63,292 bases of DNA, filler included, from Octopus bimaculoides (GCF_001194135.2; 7 parts of 5 records of this genome joined end to end with filler, not necessarily neighbours in it); one strand, 5' to 3'. Positions 13,286-26,075 are shown, numbered from the whole stretch's first letter. The notes: a model not told the origin generated them from the sequence alone. Numbers and translations: made by a program.

Positions 13286-13499
13286 TGATGATAATAATAA
13301 CAATAATTTCAAATTTTTGTCAGAAGGGCGACTTGNNNNNNNNNNNNNNNNNNNNNNNNNNNNNNNNNNNNNNNNNNNNTTAATTAATTAANNNNNNNNN
13401 NNNNNNNNNNNNNNNNNNNNNNNNNNNNNNNNNNNGACGCGTTAAAAGGAGCCTGTTTCCATTCGTCAATATTCTCCTTTGGTTTGCACGGTCGTTTCT

Positions 13500-13988
13500 C
13501 TACAGTTGTATACGTTTTGATATATTTTCTTTCGACTCCATTATTAGGAATAAAAATCCTTTGAATTTATCTAGACGTAGAGCAAATGAACGTCTAAACA
13601 GAATGCAAACAAGAACAATATCTCTTTCTAATTAGTTTTGTATTCTTATAAATACTAGAACTCCATAAGCCAAAATCAGTGAACAGAAGCAACTAGCAGA
13701 CGGCCAAGAGGGAAAAGGAAAACAACCATGAGACTTACAACTTCCCTCAACTCTCTCTAACTTTCACTAGCTCACTTTCTTTTCTCTACAACATTACCCT
13801 ATCTCTATCTATGGCTTACTACTACAAGGAGAACATGCCTCTCTTAACCTCGCATGCTTTTCCATTGTACATCCCAACCAGTTGTGGTTTTGGCTAAATA
13901 CTAAGTAACGGTAAATAAACATTTGTTTATAATTTCGATCACTGTTCTTCTGTCATCTTGCACATCTGCAACATTAGCACCCGTTACA
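13500..13988 (+). mobile_element. Possible solo LTR
   Basis: TATAAATA near 13647, AATAAA near 13914, ends ...GTTACA; no target-site duplication found. Confidence 0.25.
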
Positions 13989-15054
13989 ATCGCTAACTGC
14001 CAACTCCAACAATTATCATCACAATTACCATTACAATTTTACAATTGGTAATCACTGACTCCACCTAACGATACTGGGCAAGACTTCCGCCCGTCTCCCC
14101 CTCTCCAACTTTAAAAAAATTTTTTTTTTGACACAAACCCCCTTTTGCAGCTACAGGGTATATACGAATCTGCAAAACAATTGGCAAAAATCGACATTTC
14201 TAAATTACTACCCCCACCACCATTTCCTTCATTTTAAACTTTTTTCAGAATTTCTTTTTCTTTTTTTTTTTTCAAAATATGCGGAAAAATACGAAGATTA
14301 TGATTCTGAAAACAATTTCCAAAAATCTTTGTAAAATTATTTTTTAAGAATTTCTTTTTTTCTAAATATGAGTAAAAATATGGACATCATGATTCGGACA
14401 AAAATTTCAAAATATTTCTGTACTTACGGTTACAGTTTTAGGGTTGGGGTTAAGGTTAAGGTTAGGGTTTTAGAGTTCCAATGTGAAGAACACAAATTTG
14501 CAACAAAAAAAAATCTAAAGAGATGTCATGACCGGTTTACATTATGTGCTTCGATCCAAAATTCATAATAGGCCGTGCGTGTGCGCAGATATTTTTAACA
14601 TTTTGAATTTGGATTTCAAAAATTATTTTTCAATTATAAACAGAAACGAATGATAGTTTCGGACTGTCCATATTTTAAACACTGATTTTAAAAATAAAAT
14701 TAGAGAAAGAGTGAAAATTTTAGGATTTATTGGGGTGAGGTGTAAAAACTAAAGCATTCTTTTTATTTTTTTTTTAAATTTTGGCATAGAAAATTTCCTG
14801 AAAATTCCCAAAAATAAAATAGTGATACAGCCATGGGGTACTTCAATCAGAATTCCACCGATTAACTGATTCATTACATAACTCACATTGTAATAAGCCA
14901 GATGGCAAAATATATATGATATCGTCAATAGCCAGCTGGAGGAGATGTTCTCCTGGGGCTAAAAGCAACAGTAACATCCCCCCTTAGGGTTTAGCCGCAT
15001 TTAAGTGGCAAATGTACTTCACGTTTCAATATCATTGAGAGAAAAAGGGATCAA

Positions 15055-15512
15055 ATTAGAGTCAGCTGTTATCGCGATGTCATACAACATACGCATGCGC
15101 ACTAAGCTGGCTTCCGTTTTTATTTCTTCACTTCAAAATTTTTGAATTCCTTTTAATCAATTACCATGCACAGCTATTAAGCATGTCTCGTCCACCACAC
15201 ACACTGTTATAATACATTATTCAACAATTCTACACAGTTATAAATAACAACACTATCCTTTATAAAACATTTCCGTAAGTATTCAACAATGAAAATATTT
15301 CTTCTTTTAATAGTGTAGTCATTTGTTTTTGACGAATCGATTCTTTCTGTCTGTCGTACCTTTTATAAAATGAAACTTGCGTGATTTGGCTGCTATTTCT
15401 TGCTATGAAACCTATTTTGTCGACTGTCCATCGTTGCCGCGTTAGTTTGTTGTATGATTTAGTTTGGGAAATATTTTGTATTACACTTCAATCACTCTAT
15501 TATAATTTGGTT
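15055..15512 (+). promoter_or_regulatory. Putative promoter / non-coding first exon of ZNF-A, with splice donor GTAAGT at 15275-15280
   Basis: Homologous to the reverse complement of 27279-27790; GCATGCGCAC (NRF1-like) at 15093-15102 and GGCTTCCG (ETS-like) next to it; donor conserved in both paralogs; matching acceptor TTTCAG at 16861-16866. Confidence 0.55.
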
Positions 15513-16209
15513 TCGACCCGAGCAAAAAAAATAAATAAATAGTGCAACAACATGTAGTAAACGAATATGAAAAAAAATGCGCGCTGGCGGACGGGGATCG
15601 GGGGAGAGGACTCGGAAAATTCACATCGGGAATGTTCCGAATCCTCTCACCACTTCCCCATCCGTTGGCGAAATTTGTTCATATTCGTTTAATACACATT
15701 ATTTTACACCTAGTACATTTTTTCAAGTGACAGGGGGTTGGTGGGGTGCGGACTCGGATATTTCACACGATCCAGTAATTCGGGTCAAACACTGAATTTT
15801 CCGAGTCCTTCTCCCCCCGCCCGTTCGCCAGCAGGCATTGTTTTTGTTTGTTTTTTTCCCCCTTCATATTCGTTGACTACATGTTGTTTTACACCTATTA
15901 CACTGTTTTTTTTTTTTTCATTTTTGTGAGCGGGTGTCGGAGTGGGGTTACTGGATCGTGTAAATTATCCGAGTCCGCACCCCACGTATCCCCAACACAA
16001 AAATTGAAACAAAAAATAGTGTACTGGGTGTAAAATAAACGTGTAGTAAACAAATATGAAGCAAACAAATTTCGCCGACGGACGGGGAAGTGGTGAGAGG
16101 ACACGGAACATTCCCGATGTGAATTTTCCGAGTCCTTCTCCCCCCGCCCGTTCGCCAGCAGGCATTGTTTTTGTTTGTTTTTTTCCCCCTTCATATTCGT
16201 TGACTACAT
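15511..16209. repeat. GC-rich modular repeat array with nested inverted copies (foldback-like), continuing into a gap
   Basis: About 15545-15780 is the inverse of about 15945-16209; terminal motif TT(T/C)GACCCG / CGGGTCAAA; same family at 28029-28740. Confidence 0.75.
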
Positions 16210-16435
16210 NNNNNNNNNNNNNNNNNNNNNNNNNNNNNNNNNNNNNNNNNNNNNNNNNNNNNNNNNNNNNNNNNNNNNNNNNNNNNNNNNNNNNNNNNNN
16301 NNNNNNNNNNNNNNNNNNNNNNNNNNNNNNNNNNNNNNNNNNNNNNNNNNNNNNNNNNNNNNNNNNNNNNNNNNNNNNNNNNNNNNNNNNNNNNNNNNNN
16401 NNNNNNNNNNNNNNNNNNNNNNNNNNNNNNNNNNN

Positions 16436-16670
16436 NGTCGTGCCTCACCACCTCATCCCAGGTCTTCCTGGGCCTACCTCTTCCACAGGTTCCCTCAACT
16501 GCTAGGGTGTAGCACTTTTTCACACAGCTATCCTCATCCATTCTCGCCACATGACCATACCAGCGCAATCGTCTCTCTTGCGCACCACATCTGATGCTTC
16601 TTAGGTTCAACTTTTCTCTCAAGGTACTTACACTCTGTCGAGTATGCACACTGACATTACACATCCATCG
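16436..16670 (-). mobile_element. RTE-clade LINE ORF C-terminal fragment
   Basis: LREKL..RSIRC..QERRLRWYGHVARM...GRGRPRKTWDEVVRHD. Confidence 0.9.
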
Positions 16671-17250
16671 GAGTGAAGGTGTAGCTCCAGTTTACAAATA
16701 TGTATACTTCTGTTATGTAAAGTTTAGTAAATTAAAATGTTCAGTCATTAAAGTAAATATTTCTTTGTGCAATTAATCGCTATAGAAATTTTATAAATTT
16801 TCCACTATTAAATCTGTTTTTCAATTAGCCTCTATATTTTAAACTGATGTTTCTTCATTATTTCAGAATAACAGATAACATTGGCAAACCGTTCCATCTT
16901 TTAAAGACTGAATGTAAATACTATATGGAAGAGATATCTAGCACTGTCTCTGTAAATTCATTGTGAAATTCCAGTGACATATTTGCTCTGAACTGAGATC
17001 TGCTGATAGCAAACGTTCTGCCATAAATGGAGTGTATACAAAGTGAGTTTGTGTGCTAATTAAACTTGGATAAATTTTCATAAGTTTTTAGATAAAGGTA
17101 ACATTGGACAGAAATACAGCAGCTGAAAAATAGTAAAGAATAAACAATAGAAACAAAATCAACAAGAAATATATAGAAATATTTTGATTTGAAAAAGAAA
17201 AAAATATTGCAAAAACGTCAGATACTTAGATTGATTTTTTTCTTGAAGAC

Positions 17251-19352
17251 ATGCCTAGAGATAGAGGAAAACCATCACATGACTTTAATATCTATGGAAA
17301 GTCTATCTCCCAGAATGGTAACCGACTTAGACATAAGCGTATTCATACAGGGAAGAAACAATATTGCTGTGATATCTGTGGGAAATCATTCTCTGTACAT
17401 TGTCACTTAACATCCCACCAACGTGTACATACAGGAGAGAAGCCATATGGATGTGATATCTGTGGCAAATCATTCTCTCAGAATGGACACCTAACTAAAC
17501 ACAAACGTACTCATACAGGAGAGAAACCATATGATTGTGATATCTGTGGTAAATCATTCTCTCAGAATGGAAGCCTAACCACACACAAACGTATTCATAC
17601 AGGTGAAACAGCAAATTACTGTGATATCTGTGGTAAATCATTCTCTCAGTTTCATTACTTAACTTCTCACAAGCGTATTCATACTGGAGAAAAGCCATAT
17701 TGCTGTGATACTTGTGGTAAATCATATTCTATACGTAGTAGCTTAATAGCTCACCAGCATATACACACTGGAGAGAAACCATATCACTGTGGTATTTGTG
17801 GTAAATCATTCTCTAATTGTAGTGCTTTGAATTCTCACAAGCGAATTCATACAGGAGAGAAGCCATTTTGCTGTGATATCTGTGGTAAATCATTCTCTCA
17901 GACTTCTGCTCTAACTACACACAAGCGTATTCATACAGGAGAGAAGCCATATCATTGTGGTATTTGTGGTAAATCTTTCACACAAAATGCTTTCTTAATT
18001 TCTCACAAACGGATTCATACAGGTGAGAAGCCATATCAGTGTGATATCTGTGGCAAATCATTCTCTGCCAGTGGTGTGTTAACATCTCACCAACGTATAC
18101 ATACAGGAGAGAAGACATATCACTGTGGTATTTGTGGTAAATCATTCTCTGGAAGTAGTGCTTTCAATTCTCACAAGCGAATTCATACAGGAGAGAAGCC
18201 GTATTGCTGTAATATATGTGGTAAATCATTCTCTCAAAGTAATGACTTAACGAAACACAAGCGAATACATACAGGAGAGAAGCCATATCACTGTAATATC
18301 TGTGGTAAATCATTTATTGGAAGTAGTCACTTAAGGATACACAAGCGTATTCATACAGGTGAGAAACCATATAAGTGTGGCATTTGTGGTAAATCTTTCA
18401 CCCGAAATACTACCTTAACTTCTCACAAACTGATTCATACAGGAGAGAAGCCATATCAGTGTGATATCTGTAGAAAATCATTCTCTCGATTTGAATGCAT
18501 CACTGCACACAAGCGTTTACATACAGGGGAAAAGCCATATCACTGTAATATCTGTGGTAAAGCATTCACTGTAAGTTGTAGTTTACGAACACACAAACGT
18601 ATTCATACAGGAGAGAAACCTTATCGCTGTGATATCTGTGGTAAATCATTCTGTGGCAGTAATGCCTTAAAAGTACATAGATATATTCATACAGGAAAGA
18701 AGCCATATAACTGTGATATCTGTGGCAAATCATTCTGTCAAAATGATGCCTTAAAAGTACATAAGCGTATTCACACAGGAGAGAAGCCATACAGTTGTGA
18801 TATCTGTGGTAAATCATTTCCTCAAAATATTCACTTAACTCGGCACAAACGTAGTCATACAGGAGAGAAGCCATATCGCTGTAATATCTGTGGTAAATCA
18901 TTTTCTGGAAGTAGTGCATTAAGTACACACAAACATATTCATACAGGAGAGAAGCCATACCACTGTGATATCTGCAATAAATCTTTCTCTCGGAATGACA
19001 ATTTGACTACTCACAAACGTATTCATACAGGAGAAAAGCCATTTCAATGTGATATTTGTAAGAAGTCATTCTCTGACAGTAGTAGTTTAATAATACACAA
19101 GCGTATTCATACAGGAGCGAAGCCATTTGAATGTGATATTTGTGAAAAGTCATTCTCTCAAAGTAGTAATTTAATGACACACAAGCGTAGTCACACGGGT
19201 GAGAAGCCATATCAGTGTGATATCTGCAGTAAATCATTCTCTGTAAGTTCTGGTTTAACAGTGCATAAACGTATTCATACAGGAGAGAAACCTTATCACT
19301 GCAATATCTGCAGTAAATCATTCTCTGTAAATTCTAGCTTAAAATCACATAA
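17251..19352 (+). CDS. Tandem C2H2 zinc-finger protein (ZNF-A): degenerate N-terminal finger, 23 complete fingers and a 24th running into the gap; 3' end hidden in N gap 19353-19880
   Basis: Open frame from ATG 17251 with 28-aa repeats CxxCGKSFxxxxxLxxHxRxHTGEKPY; no stops before the gap; the sequence after the gap is not finger-like. Confidence 0.95.
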
Positions 19353-20299
19353 NNNNNNNNNNNNNNNNNNNNNNNNNNNNNNNNNNNNNNNNNNNNNNNN
19401 NNNNNNNNNNNNNNNNNNNNNNNNNNNNNNNNNNNNNNNNNNNNNNNNNNNNNNNNNNNNNNNNNNNNNNNNNNNNNNNNNNNNNNNNNNNNNNNNNNNN
19501 NNNNNNNNNNNNNNNNNNNNNNNNNNNNNNNNNNNNNNNNNNNNNNNNNNNNNNNNNNNNNNNNNNNNNNNNNNNNNNNNNNNNNNNNNNNNNNNNNNNN
19601 NNNNNNNNNNNNNNNNNNNNNNNNNNNNNNNNNNNNNNNNNNNNNNNNNNNNNNNNNNNNNNNNNNNNNNNNNNNNNNNNNNNNNNNNNNNNNNNNNNNN
19701 NNNNNNNNNNNNNNNNNNNNNNNNNNNNNNNNNNNNNNNNNNNNNNNNNNNNNNNNNNNNNNNNNNNNNNNNNNNNNNNNNNNNNNNNNNNNNNNNNNNN
19801 NNNNNNNNNNNNNNNNNNNNNNNNNNNNNNNNNNNNNNNNNNNNNNNNNNNNNNNNNNNNNNNNNNNNNNNNNNNNNNNNAAGCCACTCATCATTGGCTC
19901 TCTTTCTGAAGTAGTCTTTCACAGCTGTTTGAACTTTTAATGATGCCAACCTTTTTTATTTACTTGAAGGGATATGGTTTAGTGTCAAATTTCTTTCTTC
20001 CTCTGAAAATTTAAAAACAAACACCCTCTTCTATAATTAAATGTATTTACATTGGAGAGGAGATATAACAGTAATAACAGCCTTCCCACACTGTTTTATA
20101 TTAACACAACTGAACACTGTTGAGATAACTTCCCTCTGTGATAGTTTTAATAAAAGCAATTTCCTCCAGATTTTGAATTTGTTTCCTGTGTTTAAAACCA
20201 ACATTGTTATATTTGGGAAGAATCAATTGGTGAAGCCTATAAACACACCGGTTATTGTTTGCCAATTCTTTTCATGTTTCAGTCGTTTGTCTGTGAACA

Positions 20300-20608
20300 T
20301 GCTGGAACACCAACTTTGGGGATTTTAGTCGAACAAATCGACCCCAGGACTTATTCTTTGTAAGCCCAGTAATTATTTTATCAGGCTAATTTGCTGAACC
20401 ACTAAGTTATGGAGACATAAGCACTATCAGTTGTCAGGCGATGGTGGTGGGGTCAAACAGATGCAAACACACGAATACATACACACACACATATATGATG
20501 GGCTTACAAAAATGAAGTCTTGGGATCGATTTCTTCAACTAAAAGCCCTTCAAACTGGTGCTCCAGTATGGCTGCAGTCAAATGACTGAAACAGGCAAAA
20601 GAATAACC
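20300..20608. mobile_element. Inverted pair of SINE family C fragments (20300-20500 minus, 20509-20608 plus)
   Basis: GTCGAACAAATCGACCCCAGGACTTATTCTTTGTAAGCC faces GGCTTACAAAAATGAAGTCTTGGGATCGATTTCTTCAAC. Confidence 0.75.
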
Positions 20609-22175
20609 AACAGCCAGTGTACTAGTAGTCTTTCTTCGTTATGACTCTTCCCAAAAGATATATATGTTCCATGTAATATATTTTGGGATGCAACAGATGA
20701 TTGATCTATTTTTCACACTGTAGGTAAATAGTTAAGACATGTATTGTCAGAGCTCAGTGATTATACTGCTGTAGAATTAATGCATATAAAATAATATAAA
20801 CTTGATTTTTTTTTCTTGAAGACGGAAATTTCATTTTTCTTTTTGTCAGGAAGATTTGGTTGCTCTTTCTAGCAACTCAAGCAACCAGGTAAAGGCTCTC
20901 TTGTTGTCTCATCTCATTCCTTTCGTCACCTGTTGTTTAGTCCCGAGTTGGATATGATTGAACAGATATGATCAAAGACGTCCCAACTGTGACCATTCCG
21001 TCTTTCTTCCCAAACATAATGGACTCTACGTGTATATCACAGGATAGAGATTTTTCTGTATATAAAAAAAAAGTTTGGCTATGTTTTCTAGCAGGTCATG
21101 CGACCACAGACAGGTTCCGTCGTTGGTCTGTCTCAGTAATAATTTTGTTGTAATTTTAGCCTCAAATCAACCCTGATACAGCAAACCTATGTTGCTATAA
21201 AAACATCTCTGGTTATTAAAGGGTTTTGTTAGGGAAGTGGATGCAGTTGTTCGCAAACAGCAGCAGTAATTTTCTCCAGCTGAATACATGTCATTGATTG
21301 GTTAAAATTACCCAAATACGACAACTTTAACATGAAATAACTTCTAAAATACAAAATTTTGTCAAAAACGTTAAGAGTAAACCCTGTTCTATGTGACGCA
21401 TTCTACCAGTATCCGAAGTTTCAAAGTGTTTAGTTAAAAAAAACTTAATTGAAATCGGGAGGTTTGGCAGAGTTTAACCCAATTTGCAAATAAATAATTA
21501 TTTTACTTAATTGACAACTAAGATTAATTAAAATGAATTAAATACCGTTGCTTTGAATACTTTATAGAACCTTAGAAGTTTTGTAGATATTTAGGGATTC
21601 CACATGTAGTTATGTAATTACTACTTTGAGACAATGAGGGAGTCTGATGAGCAAGACAAAAAAATTCTATCTTTGAAGTTTTGTAGACTTTTAGGGAGTC
21701 CAACACGTGAATACTTTGTGATAAGTTTTGTACGGGAGGTCGTTGGTCTTGTAATTATTCGACAACTTTCATGTATACACATACATACATATGTGTGTGT
21801 GTATAAATCATAGGTTAGTGCAAGAACAGATTTAATCACTCCAGATCTCCTTCAAAATTTAAAAAGACAGAGATTTCAATAGTGACAATCGAAGAGAGCT
21901 TCAATAGAAATGGAAGTACTGAGTGTCAGGTGACAAACTTACATCCTCTGCTCACTTGCAAATAAAACCAAGAACTAAACTATTTTGGTGTTCCAAAAAA
22001 AAAGAGAAGAAAACTAAATAAAAATAAGAATATAGTATTTTGATGTGAATCACTTTTGTGGAAATCTGTATATTATGTGGCTGTGGTGGTCATAATGTAT
22101 TGTTTATAAGAATGTAATTAAATTTTGCCACGAAATACGATAGCGGGAAGACAGAAGAGGTATGTATATATATAC

Positions 22176-22220
<45 letters not shown>

Positions 22221-22432
22221 AATAATCAGGAAATGGAGAAAAATTTAGATAAACAAACAAACAAATTGGACCACATCTGTAGATTATTTATTAATACAAA
22301 ACATGACATAACATTTCTGTGACATAACAATTCTTACAGCCATTTCCACTTCCAATGTTAGTCGGTGCCTACGAAAGAATTACGAAAATAATGTTCTTCA
22401 TTTTCATAGGATATTTGAACTAGTACATGGAG

Positions 22433-22650
22433 CAGTTCTATATTTAAGAGATGAGGAATTATTTACATTATTTACATTTGACGGATATTTGTCCTCATCT
22501 TGTTTGTTGTTAACACAATATTTTGGCTGATGTACCCTCCAGCCTTCATCAGATGTCTTAGGGAAATTTCGAACCTAAGGTATTTTTAGATATTATTATT
22601 ATTCATGTCACTGCTTGGAATCGAACTCAGAATCTTCAGGTTAGTAGTTG
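22433..22650 (-). mobile_element. Second copy of the tRNA-like + hammerhead PLE terminal module (ORF-less, 5'-truncated, ribozyme core mutated)
   Basis: Reverse complement reads CTACTAACC...GAGTTCGATTCC...GACAT CTGATGA A GGCTG gagggtacat CAGCC AAAATATT GTGTT...GAACTG, collinear with 11900-12098. Confidence 0.85.
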
Positions 22651-22742
22651 GATATATTAAGGAGGAATGGCTTAATTAGTATAAGATGTAGGTAGCTGAT
22701 ATGGGTGGAGGTGGGACCTAAATTTGCGCCTAATTAAGTGAA

Positions 22743-23450
<708 letters not shown>

Positions 23451-25250
23451 TCACAGATATGGCTTCTCACGTGTATGAATCCGTTTGTGAGAAGTTAAGG
23501 ATGTATTTCTGGTGAAAGATTTACCACAAATGTCACACTGATATGGTTTCTCACCTGTATGAATACGGTGGTGTATCCTTAAGTGACTACTTCCAGTAAA
23601 TGATTTACCACAGATATTACAGTGATATGGCTTCTCTCCTGTATGTATTCGCTTGTGTTTCGTTAAGTCATTACTTTGAGAGAATGATTTACCACAGATA
23701 TTACAGCAATACGGCTTCTCTCCTGTATGAATTCGCTTGTGAGAATTCAAAGCACTACTTTCAGAGAATGATTTACCACAAATACCACAGTGATATGGCT
23801 TCTCTCCTGTATGTATACGTTGGTGAGATGTTAATGCACCACCGGCAGAGAATGATTTGCCACAGATATTACAGTAATATGGCTTCTCACCTGTATGAAT
23901 CCGTTTGTGAGAAGTTAAGAAAGTATTTTGTGTGAAAGATTTACCACAAATACCACAATGATATGGCTTCTCTCCTGTATGAATACGCTTGTGTGTAGTT
24001 AGAGCAGAAGTCTGAGAGAATGATTTATTACAGATATCACAATGATATGGTTTCTCTCCCGTATGAATTCGCTTGTGAGAATTCAAAGCACTACAATTAG
24101 AGAATGATTTACCACAAATACCACAGTGATATGGTTTCTCTCCAGTGTGTATATGCTGGTGAGCTATTAAGCTACTACGTATAGAATATGATTTACCACA
24201 AGTATCACAGCAATATGGCTTTTCTCCAGTATGAATACGCTTGTGAGAAGTTAAGTAATGAAACTGAGAGAATGATTTATCACAAATATCACAGTGATAT
24301 GGTGTTTCTCCTGTATGAATACGTTTGTGTGTAGTTAGAGCAGAAGTCTGAGAGAATGATTTACCACAGATATCACAGTGATATGGCTTCTCTCCTGTAT
24401 GAATTCGCTTGTGAGAATTCAAAGCACTACAATTAAAGAATGATTTACCACAAACATCACAGTGATATGGCTTCTCTCCTGTATGTATACGTTGGTGAGC
24501 TATTAAGCTACTACGTATAGAATATGATTTACCACAAGTATCACAGCAATATGGCTTTTCTCCAGTATGAATACGCTTGTGAGAAGTTAAGTAATGAAAC
24601 TGAGAGAATGATTTACCACAAATATCACAGTGATATGGCTTCTCTCCCGTATGAATACGTTTGTGTGTGGTTAAGCTTCCATTCTGAGAGAATGATTTAC
24701 CACAAATATCACATTGATATGGCTTCTCTCCTGTATGAACACGTTCGTGAGATGTTAATTTACTATGTACAGAGAATGATTTACCACAGATATCACACTG
24801 ATATGGCTTCTCTCCTGTATGAATATGCTTGTGAAAATATAAAGCACTCCCTCCAAAGAAAGACTTACCACAAACATCACAGTGATATGGCTTCTCTCCT
24901 GTATGAATACGTTTGTGTGTAGTTAACTGATCACTTTCACAGAATGATTTACCACAGATATCACAATGATATGGTTTCTCTCCTGTATGAGTACGTTTGT
25001 GTTTAGTTAGGTGTCCATTCTGAGAGAATGATTTGCCACAGATATCACATCCATATGGCTTCTCTCCTGTATGTACACGTTGGTGGGATGTTAAGTGACA
25101 ATGTACAGAGAATGATTTCCCACAGATATCACAACAATATTGTTTCTTCCCTGTATGAATATGCTTATGTTTAAATCGGTTACCATTCTGGGAGAATGAC
25201 TTTTCACAGATATTAAAGTCACATGATTGTTTTCCTGTATCTTTAGGCAT
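23451..25250 (-). CDS. Tandem C2H2 zinc-finger protein (ZNF-B), 599 aa, degenerate N-terminal finger plus 20 fingers; paralog of ZNF-A, ended by a frameshift-derived stop
   Basis: Open frame with HTGEKPY linkers; fingers match ZNF-A finger by finger (e.g. [35 protein letters not shown]). It could also be a young pseudogene. Confidence 0.9.
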   Translation of the reverse strand: MPKDTGKQSCDFNICEKSFSQNGNRFKHKHIHTGKKQYCCDICGKSFSVHCHLTSHQRVHTGEKPYGCDICGKSFSQNGHLTKHKRTHTGEKPYHCDICGKSFCESDQLTTHKRIHTGEKPYHCDVCGKSFFGGSALYFHKHIHTGEKPYQCDICGKSFSVHSKLTSHERVHTGEKPYQCDICGKSFSQNGSLTTHKRIHTGEKPYHCDICGKSFSQFHYLTSHKRIHTGEKPYCCDTCGKSYSIRSSLIAHQRIHTGEKPYHCDVCGKSFFNCSALNSHKRIHTGEKPYHCDICGKSFSQTSALTTHKRIHTGETPYHCDICDKSFSQFHYLTSHKRIHTGEKPYCCDTCGKSYSIRSSLIAHQHIHTGEKPYHCGICGKSFSNCSALNSHKRIHTGEKPYHCDICNKSFSQTSALTTHKRIHTGEKPYHCGICGKSFTQNTFLTSHKRIHTGEKPYYCNICGKSFSAGGALTSHQRIHTGEKPYHCGICGKSFSESSALNSHKRIHTGEKPYCCNICGKSFSQSNDLTKHKRIHTGEKPYHCNICGKSFTGSSHLRIHHRIHTGEKPYQCDICGKSFTRNTSLTSHKRIHTREKPYL

Positions 25251-25709
25251 GTCTTCAAGAAAAAATCAATTTAAGTTTTTGCAATATTTTATCCAAGTTT
25301 AATTATCACACAAACTCACTTTGTATACACTCCAGACTACGGCAGAAAGTTTGCTAATAATCTCAGTTCAGAGCAAATATGTCATTGGAATTTTACAATG
25401 AGTTCATAGAAACAGTGCTGGCTGTCTCTTCCATATAACATTTACATTCAGTCTTTAAATGATGGTATGTTTTGAAGGTGCATCTTCTGTTAGTCCAATA
25501 TCATCTGTTATTCTGAAATAATGAAGAAACATCAGTTTAAAATATAGAGACTCATTGAAAATCAGAGATTTAATAGTGGAAAATTTATAACATTTCTATA
25601 GAGATTAATTGCATGAACAAATATTTACTTTAACAACTGAACATTTTAATTTACTAAAATTTAGGTAACCGAAGCTTACTCTAGAGCTACACCTTCATGT
25701 TTTGTTAAC

Positions 25710-25748
<39 letters not shown>

Positions 25749-25861
25749 CTACAAAATAGTAGACAATAACACTCTCTCTCCAAAATTATAATTGGACATG
25801 GTTATTCAGCCCCAGGTCAGCTTTGACTGGACAAACATGATTAAAGACATTCTATCCAAAA

Positions 25862-26075
25862 ACATCATCATCACCATCATAGAACAGAGTGGCAAGTCTT
25901 GGATGGTTTGATGGGAGCTGGCAATCTGGAGTGCTGCACCATGTCCTAATTTGGTTGTTATGGCATAGTTTCTATGGCTGGATGCCTTCCTAATGCCAGC
26001 CACCTTATAGAGTGTACTAGGTGCTTTTCATGTGGTACCAACACAAGTGCCCTTTATGTGCTTTTGACATGGCAC
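25862..26075 (-). mobile_element. Diverged RTE 3'-UTR family fragment
   Basis: Contains the GGCATTAGGAAGGCATCCAGCC core and a (GAT)n-like end. Confidence 0.55.

Noticed and set aside
13336-13435. TTAATTAATTAA islands inside gaps (also 29182, 36468, 42515, 46577, 61744)
   Set aside because: Where counted, each is 44 N + 12 bp + 44 N = 100 bp, and the motif has stops in all frames. This is a scaffolding placeholder, not biology.
17495-19321. Antisense ORFs with repeating MIYHRYH motifs opposite both ZNF genes
   Set aside because: Shadow frames of the 84-bp finger repeat.
19353-19914. ORF track extends ZNF-A to 887 aa
   Set aside because: The extension is N gap plus non-finger sequence; the true stop is unknown.
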